The translations under genes and the position numbers were made by a program. DNA of 64,000 nt from Holosporaceae bacterium (GTDB taxonomy: Bacteria > Pseudomonadota > Alphaproteobacteria > Holosporales > Hepatobacteraceae), in NCBI GenBank assembly GCA_036881885.1, contig JBAJNL010000001.1, forward strand, positions 2,377 to 66,376. Reading direction: 5' to 3'. A model generated the notes under the pieces. That model saw only the letters and a list, made by a program, of their open reading frames with translations. It did not search any database and had not been told where the DNA came from. This document shows, in pieces, positions 46,940 to 55,396 of the stretch. The stretch's first letter is position 1. Each line of letters begins with the position of its first letter.

Positions 46940-47182
46940 CCTTCGCGATGATGACCGGTAAGACGCGGCAGGCCCTCAAACCGTCATAACCCTTACAGCA
47001 GTGACATACTAAATCGTCATCGCGAAGGCGTGATAACGCCCCGCGCGATCCACAGGCAGCGAACTGAAGTAGCAAAAGCACACATGGATTGCCGCGTCGA
47101 AACAAAGTTTCTCCTCGCAATGACAACCCCAAAAAGCCATTCCCTCGTCATCGCGAAGGCGCGCAGTGCCTCGGGCGACCAC
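46940..47182. repeat. Palindromic mosaic array with mixed orientations
   Basis: The forward part comprises B-end(+) at 46940..46955, D(+) at 46958..46977 and a truncated A start. The reverse part comprises B(-) at 47016..47053, A(-) at 47072..47124 and a degenerate B(-) at 47147..47182. Confidence 0.8.
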
Positions 47183-47207
47183 CCGGGGCAACAGCTCAAG
47201 ATATTTC

Positions 47208-48398
47208 TTAGAGTTTGTAAGCAAAAAGGTAACGAAAGGCCTCGGACGGATCGATCGTCTCATCTGCTGGCGTGTCTGTTGTTGTGGTGCGAATCAGTTG
47301 AATCAGATGTTCATAAATATCCCGAAAGATGCGTTCATAGGCAGGTGCTTTTTCAAAGGGCACGTATCCTTCTGCAAGAGAACCTAACGGGACGCCATAG
47401 TCTGTTAGCAGCCATTGCTTGGCCACACCGCCAAAAAGATGAGGCAGTGCTTCTGCAAGTACCTCTTGGCAGGCCTCATCTTGCAGCATCTGTAAGGCGG
47501 TTTCTGGCACAGCGTGACTTTTGGCTACAAGTTGTTGCGATAAAAGTTCTAGCTGCGCTTTCATAGCCTGTTGTGCGGCCTCTTGGCGCAAGGATTTGGC
47601 AAAAAGCTTCTCAAACAAGTTCACGCGTAAAATGTCGTCTGTTTGCCACTTAAGATGACTGGTCTCTAACATGTCAAGTAACGCGCGCATGGGGTCTGCA
47701 ATTTCTTCGGTGGGACCATTGTCAACATGTTCATCCAGTACAATGGTTGCACACGTCGTTTTAAAGGGGTGTGTGAAGCTGCCTTCTTGCACCACAGTGA
47801 GGCAGTTGTTGCAACCGATCCACGATCTGAAAAGGTTTTTCATCACCTTGGGCATGTCTGTGATAAAGTTGCTGACAGCTTCGCTGAGTTTCTCATTCTC
47901 TGTGGCACGACTTTCCTGAATGTGCCGGCTTTCGGCTGCGGCTTCTTCGCTGCCCAAAGCGGGTGTTAAATGTTGTTCAAGGGCTTGGCGTGCTTCTTCA
48001 AGACAGCGCGCTTCATGGTCAGCCGCTTCGTCGGGCTTCCAGCGAGCCGAAGCTTTTATTAACTGAATGTTCAGTGCCGGCACAATGTCGTGCACCTTTT
48101 GCATGATATCAACCATCAAACCCTGTTGCTCTTCGGTCAGTGACTGAAAATCACCCCCTAGCTCTTCGTTTAGGTTGTCCCGCACTTGCTCTAAGCGGGA
48201 TGGGTGTAATGCTTCTTCTGGCGCGGCAGAGGCGTTGGCCACAGGCGATGCTGTGGGCGGTGTGGTGTCAGCAAGCCCTTGTGCCTGTACTGAAAGCGTT
48301 GCCTCTGGGGGCTGATTGTCACCCGGTACTGCATGCAGCATCAAAGAGGTGCTAAGTGCACCAAGCAGTACAAAAGCGAAAAGTTTTTGATTCATCAC
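47208..48398 (-). CDS. hypothetical secreted helical protein
   Basis: An AAGGA SD precedes GTGATG. The N-terminus is signal-like (MMNQKLFAFVLLGALSTSLMLHA). I recognise no family. Confidence 0.5.
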   Translation of the reverse strand: MMNQKLFAFVLLGALSTSLMLHAVPGDNQPPEATLSVQAQGLADTTPPTASPVANASAAPEEALHPSRLEQVRDNLNEELGGDFQSLTEEQQGLMVDIMQKVHDIVPALNIQLIKASARWKPDEAADHEARCLEEARQALEQHLTPALGSEEAAAESRHIQESRATENEKLSEAVSNFITDMPKVMKNLFRSWIGCNNCLTVVQEGSFTHPFKTTCATIVLDEHVDNGPTEEIADPMRALLDMLETSHLKWQTDDILRVNLFEKLFAKSLRQEAAQQAMKAQLELLSQQLVAKSHAVPETALQMLQDEACQEVLAEALPHLFGGVAKQWLLTDYGVPLGSLAEGYVPFEKAPAYERIFRDIYEHLIQLIRTTTTDTPADETIDPSEAFRYLFAYKL

Positions 48399-48574
48399 AA
48401 ATCCTTTATCACAGATGTTTTTATTTTGAAGTTTTTAGTTTTAATTTGTGCCTTTTTTATCTGTCATTTTTCTTTTGGTCAACCTTTTTTTGACGTAAAA
48501 ACAATTATTTAATTATTTTTTATCTATTTTAGGCAAATAATAAAGCAAGAAATGAAAAACTGGCGGTTTACGGC

Positions 48575-49930
48575 ATGATAAAGCTATTTTCAATCAAGTC
48601 TTCGCGCAGGGCGCGTGTGGCGTTTGTTGTGTGTGGGTTGTTGTGTATGGGGGCCGTTACATTAAACGCCAACTGGTTTCATCATCTTACACATCGTATC
48701 AGTCACACGTTTAAGAAGGTGACTCATCCGTTCAACAAGGCAGTGCATAAGGCAACGCATGCAGTTTCAAAAGTGGTCAATAAGGCAGGCCAGGCGGCCA
48801 TTGATGCGGCGCATCAGGCGATTCATACAGCGAATGTGGCGAAACGTGCGGCCAAAGATGCGGCGCGCAAAGTACAAATTGCAGGCCAAGTGATGACCAA
48901 AGAGGCGCATGATGCCGCGCACTTGGCGGCGCATGTGGCGCATCAGGCAGCCAACCAAGCGCACAAGGCGGCTTTGCATGCAGGGCGCATGACCATTCAG
49001 GCGGCGCAAGCGGCGTCAACCGGTGTGCAGGCGGTGGGGCAGGCGGTGCAGCATGAAGCGCATAAAGCGTTGGTTCAAGCACACGATGCAACGCAGGCCC
49101 TGGGGCGCAAAACCCTTCAGGTGGCAAACCAAGCCATTCATCAGGCAAGTACTGTGGGCCATGCCATTGAGCACGAAGGCGAGCAGGTGGGCAAAGCGGT
49201 CGCCCAGGCCGGCGAGGTTGTGGGCGAAGGCATTGTGCACGCTGGCAAGTTTATGGGTAAGGGGATTGAGAAAGTGGCCGAGCACGTGTATCGCGACCTG
49301 TCTCATCCTGGTGATTTGTTGGCAGATATGGTGAAGCTGAAGATGGATATCAACAGTGCCCTTGACAAGATGGGGCCGTTGCGCCAGATCCTTACAAATC
49401 CTTTGTTTGACACACTTGTGGTGGGCATGATTCCCGGTATGAACCTTGCCATGCCGTTGATGCAGCTGGTCTTGATGCCGTTGCCTGGTGGCGGCAGTGA
49501 AGAGGTGCCCATGCAGCCTTCGCCCGATATTGTAAAGGACGCGCAAGAACAGTCTATGCGTTTTGTGGCAGGTAACTTGTGCAATCCCTTCGATTTTAAG
49601 GCTTCTCAGGCGCGTTTGAAGCGTGTTGAACGGCTGGCCAAACAGCCTTCTGCCAAAACACTAGAGGATGACATGTTCAAGGCGATGTCAACGGGTCTGA
49701 CGCCGCAATCAATGATTGATGGGCTGGTGCAAACAACAATAGATGAGAACGGTATAGAGCGATCAGATGCAGATCCCAAGGCTTTGCTTTTCTTTTTGAT
49801 GGTGCAAAATGGCGCAAAACCCGACGCGGTGGCGGCGGTGACGGGCTATAAAAAGCGGTGCAAGGCCAAAATCAAAGGGATTATTCGCAAAATCAAGCAA
49901 GCACGCAAGCGCGCGCCTGCCACAACATAA
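48575..49930 (+). CDS. secreted His/Ala/Lys-rich protein with ~17 tandem 11-residue repeats
   Basis: It has a signal/TM-like N-terminus. Residues ~48-234 read in an 11-residue register: KATHAVSKVVN/KAGQAAIDAAH/QAIHTANVAKR/AAKDAARKVQI/... The C-terminal ~200 aa are non-repetitive. Confidence 0.6.
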   Translation: MIKLFSIKSSRRARVAFVVCGLLCMGAVTLNANWFHHLTHRISHTFKKVTHPFNKAVHKATHAVSKVVNKAGQAAIDAAHQAIHTANVAKRAAKDAARKVQIAGQVMTKEAHDAAHLAAHVAHQAANQAHKAALHAGRMTIQAAQAASTGVQAVGQAVQHEAHKALVQAHDATQALGRKTLQVANQAIHQASTVGHAIEHEGEQVGKAVAQAGEVVGEGIVHAGKFMGKGIEKVAEHVYRDLSHPGDLLADMVKLKMDINSALDKMGPLRQILTNPLFDTLVVGMIPGMNLAMPLMQLVLMPLPGGGSEEVPMQPSPDIVKDAQEQSMRFVAGNLCNPFDFKASQARLKRVERLAKQPSAKTLEDDMFKAMSTGLTPQSMIDGLVQTTIDENGIERSDADPKALLFFLMVQNGAKPDAVAAVTGYKKRCKAKIKGIIRKIKQARKRAPATT

Positions 49931-49943
49931 CGGGAGAAAGATC

Positions 49944-50453
49944 ATGAAACAACTTAACAGCTTTTGGGCACTGCTCTTTGTCATGGGGCTTGTGTTCGCA
50001 GTGGCTCCGCTGTCGGCCAATGTGGGGCACGATATCTCACACTTTTTTAAGCATGATGTAGGGGGGGCCTTCAAAAAGTTTGGCAACATGACGAAAGACG
50101 CTGTAAACAAGGCAACGCACAAAATGGATCATGCCTTTAAAGATGCCCTGAGAGAGGCAAAAAAGCGCACGAATGATGCCATTCACTGGACCCGTGGTGC
50201 GGCCAAAACGGTGGGCAAAGGGGTTAAAAAAGGTGCCTATGCCACGCGTGATGCCGCCAAAGTGGTGGGTAAGGGTATTAAAACCGCAGCCTATGCCACA
50301 GGTAATGGCTTGAAAAAGTTTGGCAATTATATGTACGAACACCGTCAAGATATTTTGGACGGCACGATGACTGGCCTGGATAAGCTCCAAGACTTTGCCG
50401 ACAGCCCCGCAGGGCAAGTGCTTATGGAGGAGGCGCCTGAAATGATGGCCTAA
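49944..50453 (+). CDS. small secreted Lys/Gly/Ala-rich repeat protein
   Basis: A GGGAGAAAG SD precedes the start, which is 13 nt after the preceding gene. It has a signal peptide (MKQLNSFWALLFVMGLVFAVAPLSA) and the tandem 18-mers AAKTVGKGVKKGAYATRD/AAKVVGKGIKTAAYATGN. Confidence 0.6.
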   Translation: MKQLNSFWALLFVMGLVFAVAPLSANVGHDISHFFKHDVGGAFKKFGNMTKDAVNKATHKMDHAFKDALREAKKRTNDAIHWTRGAAKTVGKGVKKGAYATRDAAKVVGKGIKTAAYATGNGLKKFGNYMYEHRQDILDGTMTGLDKLQDFADSPAGQVLMEEAPEMMA

Positions 50454-50645
50454 TCCAACTTCAAAGCTTAAAAGATAAAAAAAAGGTGCGCTTTCAACCG
50501 AAGGTGCCCCTTTTTTATGGATGCAAGTGTTGCAAAGGGAGCCTGGTACAAAAAGCCTTAAAGAGGGGGGGGTAAGGCTTGACGTTTGGGTGACATTTTG
50601 ATGAACTAAACGCAGCAAAAAGAAAGCGTGTTCACGTTTTTTGTT

Positions 50646-50731
50646 GCCCCTGTGGCGGAATTGGTAGACGCGGTAGACTCAAAATCTATTGTTCCTGGAA
50701 CGTGGGAGTTCGAGTCTCCCTGGGGGCACCA
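50646..50731 (+). tRNA. tRNA-Leu (anticodon CAA), CCA encoded
   Basis: The sequence is GCCCCTGTGGCGGAATTGGTAGACGCGGTAGACTCAAAATCTATTGTTCCTGGAACGTGGGAGTTCGAGTCTCCCTGGGGGCACCA. It has a long variable arm and the anticodon loop CTCAAAA. Confidence 0.9.
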
Positions 50732-50752
50732 CATCCACTTGCTTTAAAAGGC

Positions 50753-51493
50753 CTAGCCGCCGTCTGCATTGGCGGCCGCAACGGTTCCCCAAATGGCAAC
50801 AGCGGATGCAGCTGTGCCCGCGATACCTGCTGCAAGGGCTGTGCCTCCCTGAAAAGATTGGCTTTTGGTGGCGCGATTTAAAAGCGTGCGCTCTTTTTTC
50901 TTGACCTTCTTTTGAATATCCGGGTCTTCCAAAAGGCGATTCACAAATTTTTTCTGGTCATCGTCCAAATAAATGCCTGTCTCTTTATCATGACGCAACT
51001 TTTTTTGCAGTTGCTCAAGGTACAACAAATCTTCTTCCAGCAGGTTAGGTGATTTGTTGGCCTTTTTGACAAGCGTTTCTAAAATCTGCACTTGCTTTTC
51101 TGTGAGGGGTTTTTTGATCCGTTGGGTCGGCCTTTTTTTGATGTGCTCTTTTTTGTCTAAAAGCCGTTTTCCTTTTGTTTGTGCGAGGGGCTTTGGGGGA
51201 CTCTTTTTCACCACATAACCCGCCTTTGTGGTGGCGGCCTTGGGTGTATGTTTAAGGGATCGCTTGATGTGTCTTGCAGGTTGTGGCGCCGTTTCGTCTC
51301 CCAGCGCGCCCTCTTTTTGCCGCGCTTTTGTGACAGGCATCTTGGGCCGATCTTCCTCTTTAGGCACATTGTCTTTCAAAGAGGGGGCGCGGGCTGGTAA
51401 AACGGGTGTTTCAAGCTCATGAGGACTTTCAGAGCGCCCAAAACTGGCAAATATTAAGCAGCAAAAAGTGGTCAAAAAGTATGTCATGGGCAT
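50753..51493 (-). CDS. hypothetical Lys/Pro-rich protein with signal-like N-terminus and hydrophobic Gly/Ala C-terminal tail
   Basis: The N-terminus is MPMTYFLTTFCCLIFASFG. The tail is GGTALAAGIAGTAASAVAIWGTVAAA. It is a paralog of 51565..52175. Confidence 0.5.
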   Translation of the reverse strand: MPMTYFLTTFCCLIFASFGRSESPHELETPVLPARAPSLKDNVPKEEDRPKMPVTKARQKEGALGDETAPQPARHIKRSLKHTPKAATTKAGYVVKKSPPKPLAQTKGKRLLDKKEHIKKRPTQRIKKPLTEKQVQILETLVKKANKSPNLLEEDLLYLEQLQKKLRHDKETGIYLDDDQKKFVNRLLEDPDIQKKVKKKERTLLNRATKSQSFQGGTALAAGIAGTAASAVAIWGTVAAANADGG

Positions 51494-51692
51494 CAAGATA
51501 AACGCTCTTTTCAATTTAAAACACTGCAACAAAAAGACCAATTCGTCTTATAAGGAAATATTATTTATCCAGCTGCTGCTGCCGCAGCAATGGCGCCCGA
51601 GGCGACCATGGCTGTTAGCGAAACGCTGAACATAATCGCCCATTGACCACCAATTTTACCTGCCGATTTTTTGAGCAGCGTTTTGGCAGACT

Positions 51693-52175
51693 CTACGGTT
51701 TGTTTTTGAGTGCGATGGCTTCTTTTTGTGTCAGCAATGTCTCACCACTTGGATCTGCGACAATGGCTCTGATTTTCTGCTCAAGGTTTATTTTAGGATT
51801 TTCTTCGTGATGTTGCTTAAGTCCTTCTACCACTTTTTCGTCGTTTAGTAGGCTCTTGAGCCCTTCCTTTTCTTCTGGTTTTAGGTAATATTTTCTTTGT
51901 TTTTGGGGTTTTTCTGGTGTCGTTTCAGGCATTGGTGGTGGCGTGGGAATCGCAGATGTCATTGGTGCAGGTTTATGAGCTCTGTGTTGAGAAGGACCCA
52001 CCTGTGGCTCAGCAGATTCTGGTGGATTGGGTGGTTTAGCACCCAAAGGGGGCGTTGTGGGCGCCATCACTGTCAGTACACAAAAAAGTACACACACTGA
52101 AAAGAGTGTTTTCTGAAACAACATTTTTCTTAGACTTTGGTAAGGCTTACCTCTTGAACGCAAAAAAGATGCCAA
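51693..52175 (-). CDS. hypothetical Pro-rich secreted protein; the paralogous C-terminal tail lies in the -1 frame (51565..51697)
   Basis: The N-terminal segment is signal-like. The ORF stops at 51693, but the -1 frame continues as KQTVESAKTLLKKSAGKIGGQWAIMFSVSLTAMVASGAIAAAAAAG*. This matches the tail architecture of 50753..51493. Confidence 0.5.
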   Translation of the reverse strand: MASFLRSRGKPYQSLRKMLFQKTLFSVCVLFCVLTVMAPTTPPLGAKPPNPPESAEPQVGPSQHRAHKPAPMTSAIPTPPPMPETTPEKPQKQRKYYLKPEEKEGLKSLLNDEKVVEGLKQHHEENPKINLEQKIRAIVADPSGETLLTQKEAIALKNKP

Positions 52176-52198
52176 AATTTAAGAGGTTCTTAAGTGTT

Positions 52199-55093
52199 TT
52201 AAGTGCGCAGCAAAGGCTTTAAAAACTGCCCGGTGTGGCTGGCAGCGGCGGTGGCAAGGTGTTCGGGCGTGCCTTCGGCCACAAGGGTGCCGCCGCCGGT
52301 GCCGCCTTCGGGGCCAATGTCCAAAACCCAGTCGGCGGTTTTGATCACATCAAGATTATGCTCAATCACCAAAACGGTGTTGCCTTGCGCAACCAGGCGA
52401 TGCAGTACATCAAGCAGCTTTTTCACATCCTCAAAGTGCAGGCCCGTTGTAGGCTCGTCCAAAATATAAAACGTTTGCCCTGTGGCTTTGCGCGCCAGCT
52501 CTTTGGCAAGCTTGATGCGCTGTGCTTCACCGCCCGACAGTGTGGTGGCGCGTTGCCCTAAGTGGATGTAGCCAAGGCCCACCTCTTTTAAAACCTGCAG
52601 TTTGGTGCGAATGGCGCCCATTGACTCGAAAAAGCTGTGGGCCTCATCAACGGTCATGTTCAAAACATCGGCGATGGATTTGTTTTTATAGCGCACCTCA
52701 AGGGTTTCGCGGTTATAACGTTGCCCTTCGCACGCCTCGCACGTTACATACACATCGGGCAAAAAGTGCATTTCAACCTTAATCACGCCGTCGCCACAGC
52801 AGGCCTCGCAGCGTCCGCCGCGCACGTTAAACGAAAAACGCCCCGGTGTATAGCCGCGGGCTTTGGCATAAGGCAGTGCCGCAAACCAGTCACGAATGGG
52901 GCCAAACAGGCCTGTGTACGTTGCGGGGTTTGAGCGCGGCGTGCGCCCAATGGGCGATTGGTCAATATCAATCACTTTATCCAGATGTTCAAGGCCGCAA
53001 AGGGCTTTAAACGGCCCCGGCACCTCTTTAGCGCGGTTCAGCTTGTTGGCCAGTGCCTTGTACAGTGTCTCGATAATCAAAGACGATTTGCCGCTGCCCG
53101 AAACACCCGTCACACACACAAAGGTACCCAGCGGAAAAGTGGCGGTCACATTTTGCAGATTGTGGGCCGAGGCGCCCTTCAGTTGCAGTGTTTTATCTTT
53201 TTGAAACGGGCGCCGTTTTTTTGGCACGGCAATTTTTTGTGTGTGGGATAAATAGGCACCCGTGATGCTTTGAGGGGCCTTTAAAATGGTTTGCAAAGGG
53301 CCTTCTGCCACAATCGCGCCGCCATTCACGCCAGCGGCCGGTCCCATGTCGATAATATGGTCCGAGGCACGCATGGTATCCTCATCATGCTCAACGACAA
53401 CAACGGTGTTGCCAAGCTCTTTTAAGCGTTTTAGCGTTTGGATCAAACGCGCGTTGTCGCGCTGGTGCAGGCCAATAGAGGGCTCATCCAAAACATACAA
53501 AACACCCGTTAAGCCCGATCCAATTTGCGAGGCCAACCGAATGCGCTGCGCCTCACCGCCCGAAAGGGTGCCCGCGGCCCGCGAAAGGTGCAGGTAGTCA
53601 ACACCCACATGCACCAAAAAGGTCAGGCGCTCGGTGATTTCTTTTAAAATGCGCTCGGCAATTTGTGTTTGCTTGGGGGTTAAGTGCGTCAGCAGGCCCT
53701 CAAACCATTTGTGTGCGTCTTGAATCGAAAGGCCTACAACGTCTGCAATGGATTTATCATGCACTTTCACGCACAACGCCTCGGCCTTTAGGCGCTTGCC
53801 TTTACAGCCAGGGCAGGGTAATCTTTTGTGCCAGCGCTCGCTGTCGTCAAGATCACCACCGGCTTGGCGCTCTTGATGGCGACGCTTTAGCATGGGCATC
53901 ACGCCCTCAAAAGGCTTGTTCGATTTAAAGGTGCGCTTTTCATCCTTAATTTCCATGGCAATGCGCACGCGGCCCGAGCCGTTTAAAATGACGTCCTTCA
54001 CCTCGTCAGACAGCTCTTTAAACGGCACCCGCAATGAAAAATCATAGTGTTGCGCCAGCGCCTTTAAAATCTGCATGTAGTAAAAGGTAAAACCGCCCGA
54101 CCATGGCGCAATGGCGCCGTCTTCAAGGCTTAGGGTGTCGTCAGGGATAATTTTTTTAAGATCCATATCCACCACAGCGCCCAGGCCATCGCACGTGGGG
54201 CAGGCGCCAAAAGGGCTGTTAAACGAAAAAAGGCGCGGCTCTAACTTTTCAAGCGTAAAGCCGCTCACAGGGCAGGCAAAGCGGGCCGACAACAACATTT
54301 CATGGGGCTTTGTGGGTGTTTTGCTTGTGTCAGCTGTCTTTTCTGTTGGTGGCATGTGCTGTACCAGGGCCAGCTCGTCAGGCGATGTGCGTAGGGCCAT
54401 TTCAAACGCCTCGGCCAGGCGCTGCTTCAAATCATCGCGGTTGCCTTTAAGCATCAAGCGATCCACCACCACGTGAATGGTGTGCTTTTTGTTTTTGTCT
54501 AAAAGTGGAACATCGTCGATATCATGCAAAGCACCATCTACCCAAACGCGCATAAAGCCACGTTTTGATAAATCCACCAGTTCGCGCCGATACTCGCCTT
54601 TGCGCCCGCGGATAAAGGGTGCCAAAATATAAAGGCGTCCATCGGGCAACGCAAGTGCCTGATCCACCATTTCAGAGACGGTTTGCGCTTTAATGGGCTC
54701 GCCCGTTGCAGGCGAAATGGGCACTCCCACCCGTGCAAATAAAAGGCGCAGATAGTCATAGATTTCGGTGACGGTGGCCACGGTTGAGCGCGGATTTTTG
54801 CTGGTGGTTTTTTGCTCAATGGCAATGGCTGGCGACAAGCCATCAATGCTGTCGACATCGGGCTTTTTCATCATATCCAAAAACTGCCGGGCATAAGACG
54901 ACAGGCTTTCAACATAGCGCCGCTGCCCTTCGGCATAAAGCGTATCAAACGCCAGCGACGATTTGCCCGAGCCCGAAGGGCCTGTAATCACCACAAGCTT
55001 ATGCCGTGGAATGGCCAAGGTCAGGTTCTTAAGGTTATGCTCACGCGCGCCTTGAATGTAAATGCTATCTTTGGGGTTTATCAAGGGCGCCAC
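52199..55093 (-). CDS. uvrA: excinuclease ABC subunit A
   Basis: It has two ABC modules ([33 protein letters not shown]) and zinc-finger Cys clusters. The GTG at 55093, preceded by AAGGGA, gives the usual N-terminus. The ORF-track start is the TTG at 55159. Confidence 0.95.
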   Translation of the reverse strand: MAPLINPKDSIYIQGAREHNLKNLTLAIPRHKLVVITGPSGSGKSSLAFDTLYAEGQRRYVESLSSYARQFLDMMKKPDVDSIDGLSPAIAIEQKTTSKNPRSTVATVTEIYDYLRLLFARVGVPISPATGEPIKAQTVSEMVDQALALPDGRLYILAPFIRGRKGEYRRELVDLSKRGFMRVWVDGALHDIDDVPLLDKNKKHTIHVVVDRLMLKGNRDDLKQRLAEAFEMALRTSPDELALVQHMPPTEKTADTSKTPTKPHEMLLSARFACPVSGFTLEKLEPRLFSFNSPFGACPTCDGLGAVVDMDLKKIIPDDTLSLEDGAIAPWSGGFTFYYMQILKALAQHYDFSLRVPFKELSDEVKDVILNGSGRVRIAMEIKDEKRTFKSNKPFEGVMPMLKRRHQERQAGGDLDDSERWHKRLPCPGCKGKRLKAEALCVKVHDKSIADVVGLSIQDAHKWFEGLLTHLTPKQTQIAERILKEITERLTFLVHVGVDYLHLSRAAGTLSGGEAQRIRLASQIGSGLTGVLYVLDEPSIGLHQRDNARLIQTLKRLKELGNTVVVVEHDEDTMRASDHIIDMGPAAGVNGGAIVAEGPLQTILKAPQSITGAYLSHTQKIAVPKKRRPFQKDKTLQLKGASAHNLQNVTATFPLGTFVCVTGVSGSGKSSLIIETLYKALANKLNRAKEVPGPFKALCGLEHLDKVIDIDQSPIGRTPRSNPATYTGLFGPIRDWFAALPYAKARGYTPGRFSFNVRGGRCEACCGDGVIKVEMHFLPDVYVTCEACEGQRYNRETLEVRYKNKSIADVLNMTVDEAHSFFESMGAIRTKLQVLKEVGLGYIHLGQRATTLSGGEAQRIKLAKELARKATGQTFYILDEPTTGLHFEDVKKLLDVLHRLVAQGNTVLVIEHNLDVIKTADWVLDIGPEGGTGGGTLVAEGTPEHLATAAASHTGQFLKPLLRT

Positions 55094-55234
55094 GTGTCCC
55101 TTGGTATGATGTTGTTTGCAGGCATAAAAACAAGTCGTCTGATTACTTAACTTATTCAAAAAGAAAGCCTCTCAAACGTCAAGAGCACCCGTGACATCTT
55201 GTCAACACTTTATCATTGCAACGGCCCCTCTGCG

Positions 55235-55374
55235 TCATAGCGAAGGTGCACGCTCTTGTTGTGTGTAGGTTTTGTTGTTTTAGACGCGCGCAGGGCATTC
55301 TCCACCATTCGCAAGTTTAGCAAATTTTTAAACAAAATCAAGCAAAAAGTTCACCACGTCATCGCGAAAGCGCT
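55235..55374 (+). repeat. Module C copy 4 of 4, flanked by half-modules of the palindromic family
   Basis: GTCATAGCGAAGG lies at ~55235..55250. Module C spans 55283..55345 (GGCATTCTCCACCATTCGCAAGTTTAGCAAATTTTTAAACAAAATCAAG). GTCATCGCGAAAG lies at ~55358..55370. Confidence 0.85.
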
Positions 55375-55396
55375 CAACACACCCCTGTCATGTGTT

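Noticed and set aside
48767-49546. Long minus-strand ORFs 48767..49009, 48777..49148 and 49016..49546, plus the plus-strand out-of-frame ORF 49023..49334, overlapping the 11-mer repeat gene.
   Set aside because: The plus-strand gene has a start context, a signal-like N-terminus and a coherent repeat register. GCN/CAN-rich repeats lack stop codons in the other frames and on the opposite strand, so the open frames there are expected artefacts.
50037-50618. 193-aa minus-strand ORF opposite 49944..50453.
   Set aside because: The plus-strand ORF has a strong SD (GGGAGAAAG), a clean signal peptide and tandem repeats. The minus-strand product is compositionally odd and has no start context.
52203-55150. 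Many 60-120-aa ORFs on both strands inside uvrA.
   Set aside because: UvrA reads continuously with both ABC modules and zinc fingers. The embedded ORFs are by-products of GC-rich codon composition.
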